Below are positions 28,604-38,832 of a stretch of DNA of 64,000 nt, one piece after another; positions within the stretch are counted from its first letter, which is position 1; the number at the start of each line of letters is the position of its first letter. Where the stretch lies: positions 3,968,001 to 4,032,000 of the forward strand of contig OZ250165.1 in the NCBI GenBank assembly GCA_965238005.1. The letters are read 5' to 3'. The notes below the pieces were generated by a model. It was not told the origin of the DNA. It saw nothing but the letters and a program-made list of their open reading frames with translations, and ran no database searches. The DNA is from Longimicrobiales bacterium. GTDB taxonomy: Bacteria; Gemmatimonadota; Gemmatimonadetes; Longimicrobiales; Gaopeijiaceae. The translations under genes were made by a program, and so were the position numbers.

Positions 28604-29542
28604 TCAGGCCTCGGATCCGAAGCCCGCCTCCACCTCCAGGAGCCGCTTCTTCCGCCAGAGGCCCCCACCATACCCCGTGAGCTTGCCGTCCGCACCGATG
28701 ACGCGATGGCAGGGGATGAGGATGGCGATCCGGTTGTCCCCGTTAGCGCGAGCCACGGCCCGGACGGCGGTGGGGCGATCGATGTCTGCAGCGATCTCGC
28801 CGTAGCTCTTGGTGGTCCCGGCGGGGATGGACCGGAGGCGCGCCCATACCTCCTGCTGGAACGACGTTCCCGGCGTCACGAGGGGAATGGTGAACTCCAC
28901 CGCCTCACCGCTGAAGTACGACTCGAGCTCCTCCGCCAGGCGATCGAACACCTCGCTCGTGCCGGGGACGAACACACAGTCCAGGCGCTTCTGAAGGCGC
29001 ACAAGCTGGGTCTCGAGCATCCGCCGGTCGGCGAATTCCAGAAGGCAGAGGGCGTCGTCGACGGCGCCAGCCACCATGGGGCCCAGGGGCGTGGGGATGC
29101 GGGTCACCGACACCAACGTCGAGCTCCGCACGTCCCGGGGAGCCTGCCCCACGAACCGCTTGAAGGCCTCGTTGAATCCGCTCAGCGATTCGTAACCCGA
29201 GCTCAAGGCGGCCCGGCTGACCCCCGATCCCTGCTGGATCTGATCCAGTGCCAAGGCAAGGCGGCGCACTCGGGAATAGGCGTGGAAGGTCATTCCGTGG
29301 TTCGACTGGAACCACCGCCGGACCCGCTCCGGGCTGAGCCCCCGGCTACGAAGATCCTGATCGGTCCAGCGCCGCTCGGGCTCGGCCTCGACATCACTCA
29401 TGAGACGGCCGAGCCAGATCGGAAGCGTACCCGATGGCTCCATGGGCCGGGATCGCTTGCACGGCCGGAAGCCCGCCACAAGGGCATCCCTGGTCGATGG
29501 AAAGAAGTCGACGTTCTCCTCGCACGGCTTCTGGCCGAGCAT
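28604..29542 (-). CDS. ada: Ada-type AraC regulator / O6-methylguanine-DNA methyltransferase with a degenerate N-terminal Zn domain
   Basis: C-terminal IPCHRVIG MGMT motif and AraC HTH (SGYESLSGFNEAF). Ada-Zn part truncated: TCSAR is out of frame and RPCKRC reads RPCKRS. Confidence 0.75.
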   Translation of the reverse strand: MLGQKPCEENVDFFPSTRDALVAGFRPCKRSRPMEPSGTLPIWLGRLMSDVEAEPERRWTDQDLRSRGLSPERVRRWFQSNHGMTFHAYSRVRRLALALDQIQQGSGVSRAALSSGYESLSGFNEAFKRFVGQAPRDVRSSTLVSVTRIPTPLGPMVAGAVDDALCLLEFADRRMLETQLVRLQKRLDCVFVPGTSEVFDRLAEELESYFSGEAVEFTIPLVTPGTSFQQEVWARLRSIPAGTTKSYGEIAADIDRPTAVRAVARANGDNRIAILIPCHRVIGADGKLTGYGGGLWRKKRLLEVEAGFGSEA

Positions 29543-29733
29543 GTATGAACGACAATCTGAGACATCGGCACCTAGCTTTCCACCGGAGAATCGGCGTCGA
29601 ATTCTTGTCCCGCGATTCCCGAGGCCGAGCGGCGAGTCCACTCGCAACTTCGCCCCCGGAAGGCTCAGGGAGCCCCCGGCTCTTGAGACCATTTTTGCCG
29701 TCCCCACGTCGTACAGACATGGGGGTGTTTGCA

Positions 29734-30016
29734 AAGCCCCCCGGAGACCAGACGAGACTGGAAGAGCTTCAGGAAGCTCCTCCATGTGAGTTGGCATCCA
29801 GATCCTCTCCGTAGCGCCCCTCCACCCGCGATGGGAACGGCGACTCCAGACCAACTTCAGACACCGGGCAAGGCGGCCTTGGGCCTCCAAGCTTCGATCC
29901 CGGGATGCGCTGACGGCGCCCACGGTGGGCAGCCCCGTGGCGATGGCCACAGCCTCCATGAGCGTGGACTTCCCGGAACTGTTCTCACCGACGAAGCAAC
30001 ACACGGGGCCGTCGAG
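29734..30016 (-). pseudogene. COG3910-like predicted ATPase remnant
   Basis: PVCCFVGENSSGKSTLMEAVA...LKLVWSRRSHRG, then in shifted frames RYGEDLDANSHG / SFLKLFQSRLVSGGL; internal deletion, Walker B missing. Confidence 0.75.
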
Positions 30017-30111
30017 ATTGGCATCCTTCCTGCATCCTGTGATCCCCATGTCTGGGCACGACCAACCTGCCCAGGAACCGACCACATCAGGATCCAAGAG
30101 CAGGAGGACCG

Positions 30112-30795
30112 ATGATCAACACGGGAACCAGGTCGCGCCTCGGCGTGGCCCTGACCATTTTCCTTGCCGGCCTCGGCGCGTGCGCCCACGTGGGCCAGGA
30201 TCAATTCGACGCCGAGGTCGAGTCTCTCCATCGCGAGATCAAAGAGGGCGACCGGGCCAACCAGCAGCGCGTGGACGATCTTGGCCGCCGCACCGACGAG
30301 CAGATGGAGGAGCTCTCGGCTCGTCTGGACGGGCTGACCCAGAGCCTTTCGGAGCTCCGAGGTGAGTTCGACGTCACGGTCGAGCGGCTGGAGAGCGCCG
30401 TTCGCTTCGACATACCGGTGTACTTCGGATTCGACGAGGCCACTCTCCGGCCCGAGGATCTTCCGGTCCTGGACCGGTTCAGCAGGGTCGTGATGGAATA
30501 CTACCCCGACGCCCTCGTCACAGTGGAGGGGTTCACCGATCCCGCCGGGTCTGTGGAGTACAACCGCCGGCTCGGATTACGGCGGGCGGAGGCGGTCCGG
30601 GGATACCTGGTGGAGTCCGGCGGCTTTCAGGAGAGCCGGGTCAGAGCCGTCAGCTACGGAGAGGACGTGGCCCGCCTCGTGGCGCCCAGACAGGCGGGCC
30701 GCGACGCAGGCTGGGAGAATCGCCGAGTGGCCCTCGTCATCGAGCATCTCGGTGTGGTAAGCGATCCGGCGCCCATGACGGGAGGAGCGCGCTAG
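30112..30795 (+). CDS. OmpA/Pal-family lipoprotein with coiled coil
   Basis: Lipobox LGAC; VYFGFDEA, EGFTD..GS..YN..LG.RRA and NRRV. Confidence 0.92.
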   Translation: MINTGTRSRLGVALTIFLAGLGACAHVGQDQFDAEVESLHREIKEGDRANQQRVDDLGRRTDEQMEELSARLDGLTQSLSELRGEFDVTVERLESAVRFDIPVYFGFDEATLRPEDLPVLDRFSRVVMEYYPDALVTVEGFTDPAGSVEYNRRLGLRRAEAVRGYLVESGGFQESRVRAVSYGEDVARLVAPRQAGRDAGWENRRVALVIEHLGVVSDPAPMTGGAR

Positions 30796-31259
30796 CCCGA
30801 CTCCTCGAAGACCAATTCCGTGGTGATGTCGATGCACCCCGAGATCGACTTGTATACGGGGCATTTCGAGTGATGGAACTCGTGCACGCGCCTGGCCGTC
30901 TGCTCGGCCTCGGCGTCTCCCACCAAACGATAGCGGACGTGGATCCGCTTGATCACGAGGACGCCGTCCTCCTTCTCGACTTCACCTCTCACGTCGGCCG
31001 CGAGCCGTCCGTCGCCAGCCGAGATCCCGCGCGCCTCCAGCGCGCCTCCGAGGGTGCCGGTCAGTCAGCCGCCAGTGGCGGCCACGACGTGATCGAGCGT
31101 GGTGGCGAACTCCTCGTCGGGGTCGACTCCGTAGTGTTCTGCGATGGCGCCATGCACGCCGAACATCGCGGGCTCCGCCGTGGCGGGAAGGTAGGCTCGG
31201 CGCACCGGACCCTTCACGCGCTCGATCCGGATGTCCGCCGTGTAGACCACGTCACCCAT
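30792..31259 (-). CDS. OsmC-family selenoprotein (Sec at codon 65)
   Basis: MGDVVYTAD...TLDHVVAATGG-TGA(31065-31067)-LTGTLGGALEARG...HHSKCPVYKSI reads in one frame. The TGA sits at the OsmC peroxidatic Cys position and the resolving CPV is kept; SECIS-like hairpin follows. Confidence 0.82.
31026..31054 (-). promoter_or_regulatory. Candidate bacterial SECIS element
   Basis: Minus strand CCC-tcggag-GCGCGC-UGGAG-GCGCGC-GGG; apical loop starts 25 nt after the UGA with G at loop position 2. Confidence 0.65.
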
Positions 31260-31461
31260 GTTGGCTTCTCCATGCGGTTGAGGTGCCCGATGGTATCGGT
31301 TGATCACCGACCGCGGCAAGCCGACCACAGGCTCCGGCAACCGAACGAGCGGCGACGGGCCGGAGTTCCGTGGAACCTCTGCCCGGCCAGGGATCGTATG
31401 TGAGGGTATGTGTGGCAAGGGTCGTTGACCTGCGACGGTCGATCAGAGGGGAGGGTGCGGC

Positions 31462-32367
31462 ATGAGCGAGCGTGGTCTGGTCCCCATCATCTGGAGTCCC
31501 CGGTCCGAAGTGAACATTGGGAAGCACGCCTTTCCGGTTGAGAAGTACCGGTTGGTCAAGGAGCGCCTCGAGGACGGAGGCTGGCTCGAGAAGACCCGTC
31601 TGGAGTCGCCCGAGCCTGCCACCGACGAGGACATCCTCCGAGTCCATTCGCCTGCCTATTGGGAGAAGATCACTACGGGAGCCTTCACGCCCTCTGAAGA
31701 GCGCATCCTGGAGATCCCCTTCTCTGACGACCTAAGGGAGGCCTCGGTCCTTTGCGCCGGTGGCACCACGCAGGCAGGGCGGCTGGCGCTGGCAGAGGGG
31801 AGAGCCGTTCACCTGGGCGGGGGATTCCATCACGCCTTCGCGGATCACGGAGAGGGCTTCTGCCTCCTCAACGACGTCGCCATCGCAGTGGCGACCCTGC
31901 TGGCCGAGAGCGCCACGGAGCGCATCGCCGTGGTCGACCTGGACGTGCACCACGGAAACGGCACGGCCGCCATCTTCGCCGATGAGCCCCACGTCTTCAC
32001 CTTCTCCATGCACCACCAGTGGAACTACCCTGCCCTCAAGCCGCCGGGAGACCTCGACGTGGGCCTGGAGGACGGCGTCGGCGACGAGGAGTACCTGAGA
32101 CTCCTACGGAAGCACCTACCCCGTATTCTTGAAGAATTCCGGCCGGAGCTCATCCTGTATCTGGCCGGAGCCGACCCGTACGAAGCCGATCAGTTGGGGG
32201 GGCTGGCGCTCTCACTGGAGGCTCTGAGAGCCCGGGACGAGTTGGTCGTGGCGACCGCCGGAGAAGCGGGTGTGGGCGTGGCCGTCACCCTCGCTGGAGG
32301 CTACGCCATCCGACCCGAGGATACGGTGGCGATCCACTGCGGAACCGTTGAGGCCGCCCTGTCCTGA
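31462..32367 (+). CDS. Histone deacetylase family protein
   Basis: GGFHHA, GFCLLND, DLDVHHGNG, GADP and GGY. Confidence 0.95.
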   Translation: MSERGLVPIIWSPRSEVNIGKHAFPVEKYRLVKERLEDGGWLEKTRLESPEPATDEDILRVHSPAYWEKITTGAFTPSEERILEIPFSDDLREASVLCAGGTTQAGRLALAEGRAVHLGGGFHHAFADHGEGFCLLNDVAIAVATLLAESATERIAVVDLDVHHGNGTAAIFADEPHVFTFSMHHQWNYPALKPPGDLDVGLEDGVGDEEYLRLLRKHLPRILEEFRPELILYLAGADPYEADQLGGLALSLEALRARDELVVATAGEAGVGVAVTLAGGYAIRPEDTVAIHCGTVEAALS

Positions 32368-32387
32368 GCCCGGGCGCCGGCCCCCCC

Positions 32388-32429
32388 GGGTCTGGACGTC
32401 CCCCCGTAGCCGCGGGGGGCGTCCGACCC
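32388..32429. terminator. Strong hairpin between convergent genes
   Basis: GGGTC-T-GGACGTCCCCCC...GGGGGGCGTCC-GACCC. Confidence 0.55.
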
Positions 32430-32454
32430 ATGACCGCAGGGCGACCCGTAGCGC

Positions 32455-33042
32455 TCAACGAGGGAGGTTGAGCGCCTCCGTCACCTCCATACCGATGCGA
32501 GCCTGCACCGGGTGCAGGTCCTCCGTCTCCCCCACGTCGAACTCCCCGCTCCAGAGGAGGGTGCCGCTGTCGACCCGGTAGAGCTCGGCCACCAGCGTGG
32601 TTACGGAAGCACCGGAGACCTCACGTCCCATGAGGATCATGTCGGCTTCGAACCGCCTGCCCACCTCCAGCGGGTCGCCATCCGGATCGAAGTAGCCGGC
32701 CGTACTCGCGGGGCCAAGGACTCCGAGCTCTCTCGGATCGATCCGGCCGAAGTAGGACGCCAAGCCTTCACCGAATCCGGCGTAACGGCTGGAACCAGGA
32801 GTCGAGCCCTGGAACGGGAGAACCGCCAGGACCGGCCTTCCCTCCGGGATCCGGCGCCCACCTTCCATGACCATGAAGATCAACGACCCGACGAAGAGCG
32901 CAGACATCGTGATCACGAGCGCCGCGAGGGTCCGGCGTGCCCCCGCGCGGGGATCGCGCTCCACGATTCGAGTCATGGCTGGAATGTCCGGTGGGCCCTC
33001 GTTGGGCCAGATCTCACGAGAACGCGTCACGGTGTCTCCCAT
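32455..33042 (-). CDS. Membrane-anchored protein with TolB_N/FlgO-like domain
   Basis: Single TM followed by VLAVLPF...ADMILMG...AELYRVDSGTLLWS; TGATG coupling to the upstream gene. Confidence 0.72.
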   Translation of the reverse strand: MGDTVTRSREIWPNEGPPDIPAMTRIVERDPRAGARRTLAALVITMSALFVGSLIFMVMEGGRRIPEGRPVLAVLPFQGSTPGSSRYAGFGEGLASYFGRIDPRELGVLGPASTAGYFDPDGDPLEVGRRFEADMILMGREVSGASVTTLVAELYRVDSGTLLWSGEFDVGETEDLHPVQARIGMEVTEALNLPR

Positions 33043-33944
33043 CACGGGATGAGGCTGATGCCCAGGCCAAAGAAGGTCTCCTCCGCCTCCCCCAGCTGGC
33101 CCATGGGCGACGAGCCGAAGTGGGCTCGTGCCTCGAGGCGTAGGAGACGCTCGCTGACCCTGAGCCCCATCCCGGTCACCAGCGTCGTCCCCGACCGCCC
33201 CGTGAGGCTCGGGTACTCGAAGTTGGCCGCGAACAAGGGCCAGATACCGTCGTCCACCCCCGGGGCGCGAGCCTCCCACTCCACCCCGGTCCGAAGGACT
33301 GCCCTCGAGATCTCCTCGTTGATGTGGAAGTTGAAGTCGCCGCCGGCGTAGACGCGCCCACCCGAGCCGAAGGTCCGTGCCACCAGGCCCTCCACGCCGT
33401 CCCTGGTCCACTGAAGGAGCCCGTTTCCCTGCAGGCCCACCCGTTCGGGGAAACGGACGAGGTAGTCGTCTCCCACGTGGGAGCTGATGTGCCGAAGGGT
33501 TATCCTGACCTGCCAGTCGTCGTGCCGGACGGAGATAGGTAGGCCCACCCGGAAGTCGACGTTGATCAAGTCCTTTTGCGGGGTCTCCATGAAGAAGCGC
33601 GAGAAGAGACCTAGCTCGAAGCCGAGGGTCACCGCGCGGTCGGCGGTGGTGCCGTCGTCCATCCGCAGGACGGCCACGCTGTGACCGATCACCACCTCCG
33701 CCTCGATGTTGCGTCCAGCGTAGTCCAATGCGTCGGGTCGATCGGCGAGGACGAACGAGCCTCGGAACTGCGTCTCGCGGGGGGCCGCGATGAGGGCCTC
33801 GAACGGACGTAGGTCTGGAAGCCAGCGGGATGCCTTCTGGCCCTTCAGCCCCCCGGGGTGAAGGGAGGAGGGGCCGGCGACCACCAGGGCCAGGAGCCCC
33901 GCTCGTAGCTTCGCCGATTGGCGGGGCCTCACTCGGGGTTCCAT
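33042..33944 (-). CDS. DUF1207-like outer-membrane protein
   Basis: Signal peptide, INVDFRVGLP...RHISSHVGDDY, amphipathic beta strands. Confidence 0.75.
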   Translation of the reverse strand: MEPRVRPRQSAKLRAGLLALVVAGPSSLHPGGLKGQKASRWLPDLRPFEALIAAPRETQFRGSFVLADRPDALDYAGRNIEAEVVIGHSVAVLRMDDGTTADRAVTLGFELGLFSRFFMETPQKDLINVDFRVGLPISVRHDDWQVRITLRHISSHVGDDYLVRFPERVGLQGNGLLQWTRDGVEGLVARTFGSGGRVYAGGDFNFHINEEISRAVLRTGVEWEARAPGVDDGIWPLFAANFEYPSLTGRSGTTLVTGMGLRVSERLLRLEARAHFGSSPMGQLGEAEETFFGLGISLIP

Positions 33945-34928
33945 CTATTCGAACGAGCCAGGAACTGCCTCCTCCATCTCGGCCGCCACTTCCTCGGCCG
34001 GGCGCATCGTCGAGAGATCCAGGTCGTAGTCGGGCACCTCACGGGGCTGGAGCTTCTCGATCAGCTCCCGGAACTCGCGACCGGAGAGCCCCATGTCTTT
34101 GAGCTCGTCCGGCGTAAGGCCCCCACCGTCCGACCTAGCTCGCACGCCGTCGTCATCACCCTCCAGGAGGTGGCGCAGCGCCGTCATCTCGGCTCGGCTC
34201 ATGGGCTCGGCGCCCACGCTGTAGTCGAGCCACGCCTCGTAGCTGAGGGGAGCCACCCGCTTCAACATGCCGGCCATCACCCGTGCGAACTCCTGGATCT
34301 CCCACTGGGAATGGGGATCGGCCCGGAGGGTCAGGAAGTGCAAGAGGTTGTGAAGGTCGATCTTCCAATACCACTGCGTATAGGTGGAAAGAGGAAGATC
34401 GATGCGGGCGAGCTCCCGAGCGACCTCCTCCTGCAACATCCATCGGTACCCCTCGGAGGCCTCGGCACGGACCCGCTCCCAGCGCGCCACCGCCTTCTCG
34501 TAGAGCTCCGCAGGAGCGTGCTCGGGCCGCCGGCCCTGACGGTTGTCCGCACTCTGGAGCGCGAAGTGGTCCAAGTCCGGCTTGTAGAAGAGGAGGGGCA
34601 TCAACGAATAACGGCCGCTGTACTCGTTTACAGAGACCGTGCGATGTCGGACCCACTGGCGCGCCACGAACATGGGCATGGCACAGTGGAACTTGACCTC
34701 CACCATCTCGCTGGGCGTCGTGTGGTAGTGCCTGCGCAGATACCGGATCAAACCCCGAGTCTGGCTTACCTTCCGGGTGCCGTAGCCATAGCTGACGCGG
34801 GCGGCCCTTTCCACGTCGTCGTCCGTGCCCATGTAGTCGACCAGGGCCACGAAACCGTGGTCGAGAACGGGAAAATACCCCCCGAGAATCTCCTCCGCGG
34901 CGGGGGTCGTAGGTCTCTTGGTTTCCAT
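33945..34928 (-). CDS. thyX: FAD-dependent thymidylate synthase
   Basis: AARVSY, FVARQWVRHRTVSVNEYSGRY, ELARIDLP and HSQWEI. Confidence 0.96.
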   Translation of the reverse strand: METKRPTTPAAEEILGGYFPVLDHGFVALVDYMGTDDDVERAARVSYGYGTRKVSQTRGLIRYLRRHYHTTPSEMVEVKFHCAMPMFVARQWVRHRTVSVNEYSGRYSLMPLLFYKPDLDHFALQSADNRQGRRPEHAPAELYEKAVARWERVRAEASEGYRWMLQEEVARELARIDLPLSTYTQWYWKIDLHNLLHFLTLRADPHSQWEIQEFARVMAGMLKRVAPLSYEAWLDYSVGAEPMSRAEMTALRHLLEGDDDGVRARSDGGGLTPDELKDMGLSGREFRELIEKLQPREVPDYDLDLSTMRPAEEVAAEMEEAVPGSFE

Positions 34929-35029
34929 ACTATGGGGTTCGCGGCGGCAGCCGGTGAGACGACGAGAGTGCCGGCGGAATAGATCCAAAGGGATTCCCAC
35001 CCGCAAGCGGCGGGCGGCACTTGTTGGGC

Positions 35030-35045
35030 AACCAATATATACTAT
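35030..35045 (-). promoter_or_regulatory. Possible NrdR box upstream of thyX
   Basis: Minus strand ATAGTATATATTGGTT, about 12/16 match to acaCwAtATaTwGtgt, in an AT-rich patch about 100 bp upstream of thyX. Confidence 0.4.
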
Positions 35046-35087
35046 CAACCAATCTCACCGACCTCGTTCGAGCCTGCCATAGACGCC

Positions 35088-36170
35088 GTGCGCATCGCCT
35101 TTTTCATCTCTCCCCACGGGTTCGGGCATGCGGCTCGGGCCGCCGCCGTCATGGAGGCGCTCCACGCCCAGGATCCGTCCACTCGCTTCGACCTGTTCAC
35201 CACCGTACCGGAGTGGTTCTTCCGGCACTCGTTGGACAGCCTCTTTCGTCACCACCCGTGTGTTGCAGATGTCGGGCTCCGGCAAACCTCTCCTCTCGAG
35301 TTCGACGTCGAAGCCACCCGCGATGCCGTCGAGGCCTTCATCTCGCGGGCGCCGAGGGACGCCGACTCGCTGGCCGAGCAGGTGGATGAGCTGGGATGCT
35401 CGGCAGTCGTGTGTGACATCTCGCCGCTGGGCCTCATGGTGGCGGAGAGAGCGGGGCTGCCCTCCGTGCTGGTGGAGAACTTCACGTGGGACTGGCTCTA
35501 TGAGCCCCTCGTCGCCCAGGACCCCGCCTTCGGCCCGATCGTGGACTGGATGCGCGCCCGGTTCGCGGGGGCAGGCCAGCGCATTCAGGCTCGGCCGAGG
35601 TGCGATCCCCTGGCGAAGTCCGATCTGGTGGTTCCTCCCATCAGCCGGCCCGCCCGGCTGGCCCGTCCGAACGTGAGAGCCGAGCTCGAGGTGGCGAGCG
35701 ATGCACCGCTCGTCCTGATCACCATGGGAGGAGTGAGCCAGCCCCTTCCCTTCCTGGCGGAGCTCCGCAAGCGGGACGAGGTGACCTTCGTGGTGACGGG
35801 CTCGGAGCAGATCACCCGGGAGGGCAACCTACGGCTATTTCACAAGGCCGCACGGGTCTTCATGCCCGATCTGATCCGCGCGGCCGACTGGGTGGTGGCG
35901 AAGCTGGGGTACGGCACCCTCGCAGAGGTCTGGGCCGCCGGCCGCCCGCTCGGCTATGTGGGACGGAGCGACTTCCGCGAGACTGGCCCGCTCAAGGACT
36001 TTCCCCGGAGCGAAATCCCGAGCCTCGAGATCTCCGAGGCGGACTTCTCCACGGGGACCTGGATCGACCGAATCGACGATCTCCTCGCCCTGGGCTCCGC
36101 TCCGGAAAAAATCACCAACGGCAGCGAGGTCGCTGCGCGCTGGATCATGGAGGCGACGGCCAAGGTCTGA
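35088..36170 (+). CDS. GT-B fold glycosyltransferase-like protein
   Basis: ISPHGFGHAAR, NFTWDWLY, TMGG and KLGYGTLAE; resembles the N-terminal domain of L-arabinokinase. Confidence 0.8.
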   Translation: MRIAFFISPHGFGHAARAAAVMEALHAQDPSTRFDLFTTVPEWFFRHSLDSLFRHHPCVADVGLRQTSPLEFDVEATRDAVEAFISRAPRDADSLAEQVDELGCSAVVCDISPLGLMVAERAGLPSVLVENFTWDWLYEPLVAQDPAFGPIVDWMRARFAGAGQRIQARPRCDPLAKSDLVVPPISRPARLARPNVRAELEVASDAPLVLITMGGVSQPLPFLAELRKRDEVTFVVTGSEQITREGNLRLFHKAARVFMPDLIRAADWVVAKLGYGTLAEVWAAGRPLGYVGRSDFRETGPLKDFPRSEIPSLEISEADFSTGTWIDRIDDLLALGSAPEKITNGSEVAARWIMEATAKV

Positions 36171-36200
36171 GGATCACCCCCTGCCGTGGGCTGGACCGGC

Positions 36201-37505
36201 TCAGCGCACGCGCTCTCCCGCGATCCACACCGACTCTATACTCCGGGTGTTGGCGATGTCCTCCAGAGGGTCCTCCGTCAGCACGACGAAATCGGCCCAA
36301 CGACCCGCCGCCAGTGTCCCGATCTCGTCCTCCACACCCAGGCAGCGGGCGGCATCCACCGTGGCAGAGCGCAGGATCTGGACGGAGCTCAGCCCGGCCT
36401 CCGCCATGAGGTCCATCTCCATGTGCTCGAAGTAGCCCTGGAAGCGACCGGGAGGGCCGGTGTCGGTGCCGAAAGCGATGGGAAGGCCGGCGTCGGCTAC
36501 CCGCTTGAGATTCCTCTGAGCCACCCGGAGCGCCTCTTTGTAACGCTGTGCGGAAGAGCTGTCCCGCACTCGCTGCTGGCGAGCCGGATCCTCGAGCTGC
36601 CCGAGGACGGTCGGGTCGGCGTGCTCCAGGAAGAACGGGTCGTCGAAGAAGTCGGGTCGGTCCTCGTAGACGTAGGTGGACACCTCTCGCGCCAGCGTCG
36701 GAGAGTAGCAGGCGCCTCTGTCGCCCAGGAGCTCGATGAACTCGTCGTCCACGTCGAGGTCCCGCACGGAGTGGGCGATGAAGTCCGTTCCCGCCCGGAG
36801 CAGGGCCTTGGCATCCTTCAGGTAGAAGAGATGCGACGCCAGCCGCAGCCCGAGAGCATGGGTCCGCTCGATGACGGCGCGGAACACGTCGGGGGCCATC
36901 TTGCGGGTCGAGCCCAGGTTGTCGTCGACTCGGATCTTCATCCAATCCACGCCGGCCTCTGCGTTGGCGTCCACCACCTGCAACGCCCCCTCAGGCGTAT
37001 CGCCGGTCACGACGACCCCCGCCACGTAGAGGCGTGCCCGGTCCAGGCCCCGCGCTTCCTCTTCGTCACGCAGCTCGAATCCCTCGGGTCCGTCACCCCC
37101 GAGGCTGTTTACGGCCGTCACGCCGTACACGGCGTAGAGGCGCAGCTGTCGAAGCAGGTTGTCCCGGTCGTAGTGACCGCCCTCGAGACCCAACGTGCCT
37201 CCCACGTGCCCATGGGTGTTGATGAGGCCGGGAATGACAGTCCGGCCGCTCAGGTCCACAACCTCCGCGTCCGACGGGATCTCGATGTCGCCTTCCGAGA
37301 CCACGCCTAAGCTTCTGCCCTTCCTGACCACCATTACGCCCCGGGGGACGGCGTCGTCGCCCGTTCCGTCCCATATCCGGGCGCCCACGAACGCCGTGAC
37401 CCCGGCACCGTTACCGGCATCGGAGGCCCCGCCTCCACATCCGAGCGCCATCAGGCCACCGAGGCCGAGCAGAAGGGCCGGGTGGCATGCGTAGGTCCGA
37501 GTCAT
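36201..37505 (-). CDS. Amidohydrolase family lipoprotein
   Basis: Lipobox ALGC; PGLINTHGH, FGTD and GTLAAGRWADFVVL. Confidence 0.92.
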   Translation of the reverse strand: MTRTYACHPALLLGLGGLMALGCGGGASDAGNGAGVTAFVGARIWDGTGDDAVPRGVMVVRKGRSLGVVSEGDIEIPSDAEVVDLSGRTVIPGLINTHGHVGGTLGLEGGHYDRDNLLRQLRLYAVYGVTAVNSLGGDGPEGFELRDEEEARGLDRARLYVAGVVVTGDTPEGALQVVDANAEAGVDWMKIRVDDNLGSTRKMAPDVFRAVIERTHALGLRLASHLFYLKDAKALLRAGTDFIAHSVRDLDVDDEFIELLGDRGACYSPTLAREVSTYVYEDRPDFFDDPFFLEHADPTVLGQLEDPARQQRVRDSSSAQRYKEALRVAQRNLKRVADAGLPIAFGTDTGPPGRFQGYFEHMEMDLMAEAGLSSVQILRSATVDAARCLGVEDEIGTLAAGRWADFVVLTEDPLEDIANTRSIESVWIAGERVR

Positions 37506-38832
37506 TTTCCCCTCCTCAGCTTCGGGCGTTTCACGAAATCCACGGGGATGCCCAACTCTTCCCCCACCAGCGCAGCCAGTGCCTCGGCCGGCTGGCCCCC
37601 CAGGGGATATCGTCTCCGAGACACAGCCGCCGTCCGCCCTTCAAGAACGCGCGGATCCTCACCTTGCGCTCCGCCTTGGCGCCGTCACCTACACGGCTGC
37701 TCACGTCCATCTCCACACGCTCGACGTCCTCGATACGAGCCGAGCGCGTGACGGGCAAGAGAAACCATCGCCGGGCCGAGATCTTTCCGTTCCGGATCTC
37801 GACCACCAGAGAGTTCATGAGTGAATACAGACCCAGGAACATCATGAGAACGCCGAGCCCGCCGAAAGTCACGAGGAAGATCGACATGAAGCCCACAGCG
37901 ACGACGCCGAACACGGTGCCGTCCATCGTCTCCAGGATGGTTTCGAAGAAGAAGACACCCGCACCCGTGAAGACGGCCCCAAAGGCCACGAGCATCACGC
38001 CGGCCAAACCGCCGCGGCCCACTGGATAGTGAAGGGTCAGACCGGGGCCACGCCTCCTCATACGGACCACTCCGTCGGGCAGGTGCGTGGCCTCGACGGT
38101 GGAGGGCGTAGACAGGGCCGACCGGCTGGCGTGCAGAACCGGATCCACGAGCAGCACCGGCACCTCGAAAGTCTGGTCCAGGTCCGCACCGGGAAGATCT
38201 CCCTGTACACGGACGACCCACTTGTGATAGTCGTCGGACTTCTCGGCAGTGGGCGGCAGATCCCCGGGGACCTGGAAGGTGAAGCGAAGGTGCAGGCCCC
38301 TGCCCGAGCGCTGGACCTCGGGAAGCATCTCCACGGCCCACTCGATGGACTCCTTGCGCGATGATCCGTCGCTCGTCTGTTGCAGTCGATCTCGGATGCA
38401 CACCAGGAGGACCCGGGCCTCGAGATCGTCGACACGGTGGAGCGGAAGGTCCAGCGAGCCCCCGACATGGCCACCCAGCGAGCCGGGGTGGGGGTCGAGC
38501 TGCAGGCGGAGGCCGTGGAAGCGCCTCCAGCGAAGAGTCTCTCGAATGGCCATGGCCAGGAGGAGGAACCCCACCAGGGTGAAGACCGGGAGCAAGAGGG
38601 CCAGGAACAGACCCAGCTCGTCGTCTCCGAAGAGGGCGATCCAGCCCACGGGAATCCCGATGACGTTCCAGATGAGGGCCCCCACCCAATAGGTGAGGAG
38701 CTCCCGACCCACGGTCGATCGTGTCCACCCTTCCGGCCAGCCGGGGTGACTGAGGAGCGCCCGCTGAACCCCGTCCGGTGATTGGCTCTGCACAGTCCCT
38801 CTTCGGCACGGCCCCGGTCTTGCGCGGAGCAT
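37502..38832 (-). CDS. Membrane protein (DUF3592-associated type), probable 3' frameshift; start uncertain
   Basis: TM pairs with IWNVIG and LDPHPGSLGGHVGG...DLDQTFEVPV. Adding one G to the G6 tract near 37596-37601 extends it to ...LRRGK* at 37502, giving an ATGA overlap with the next gene. Confidence 0.65.
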
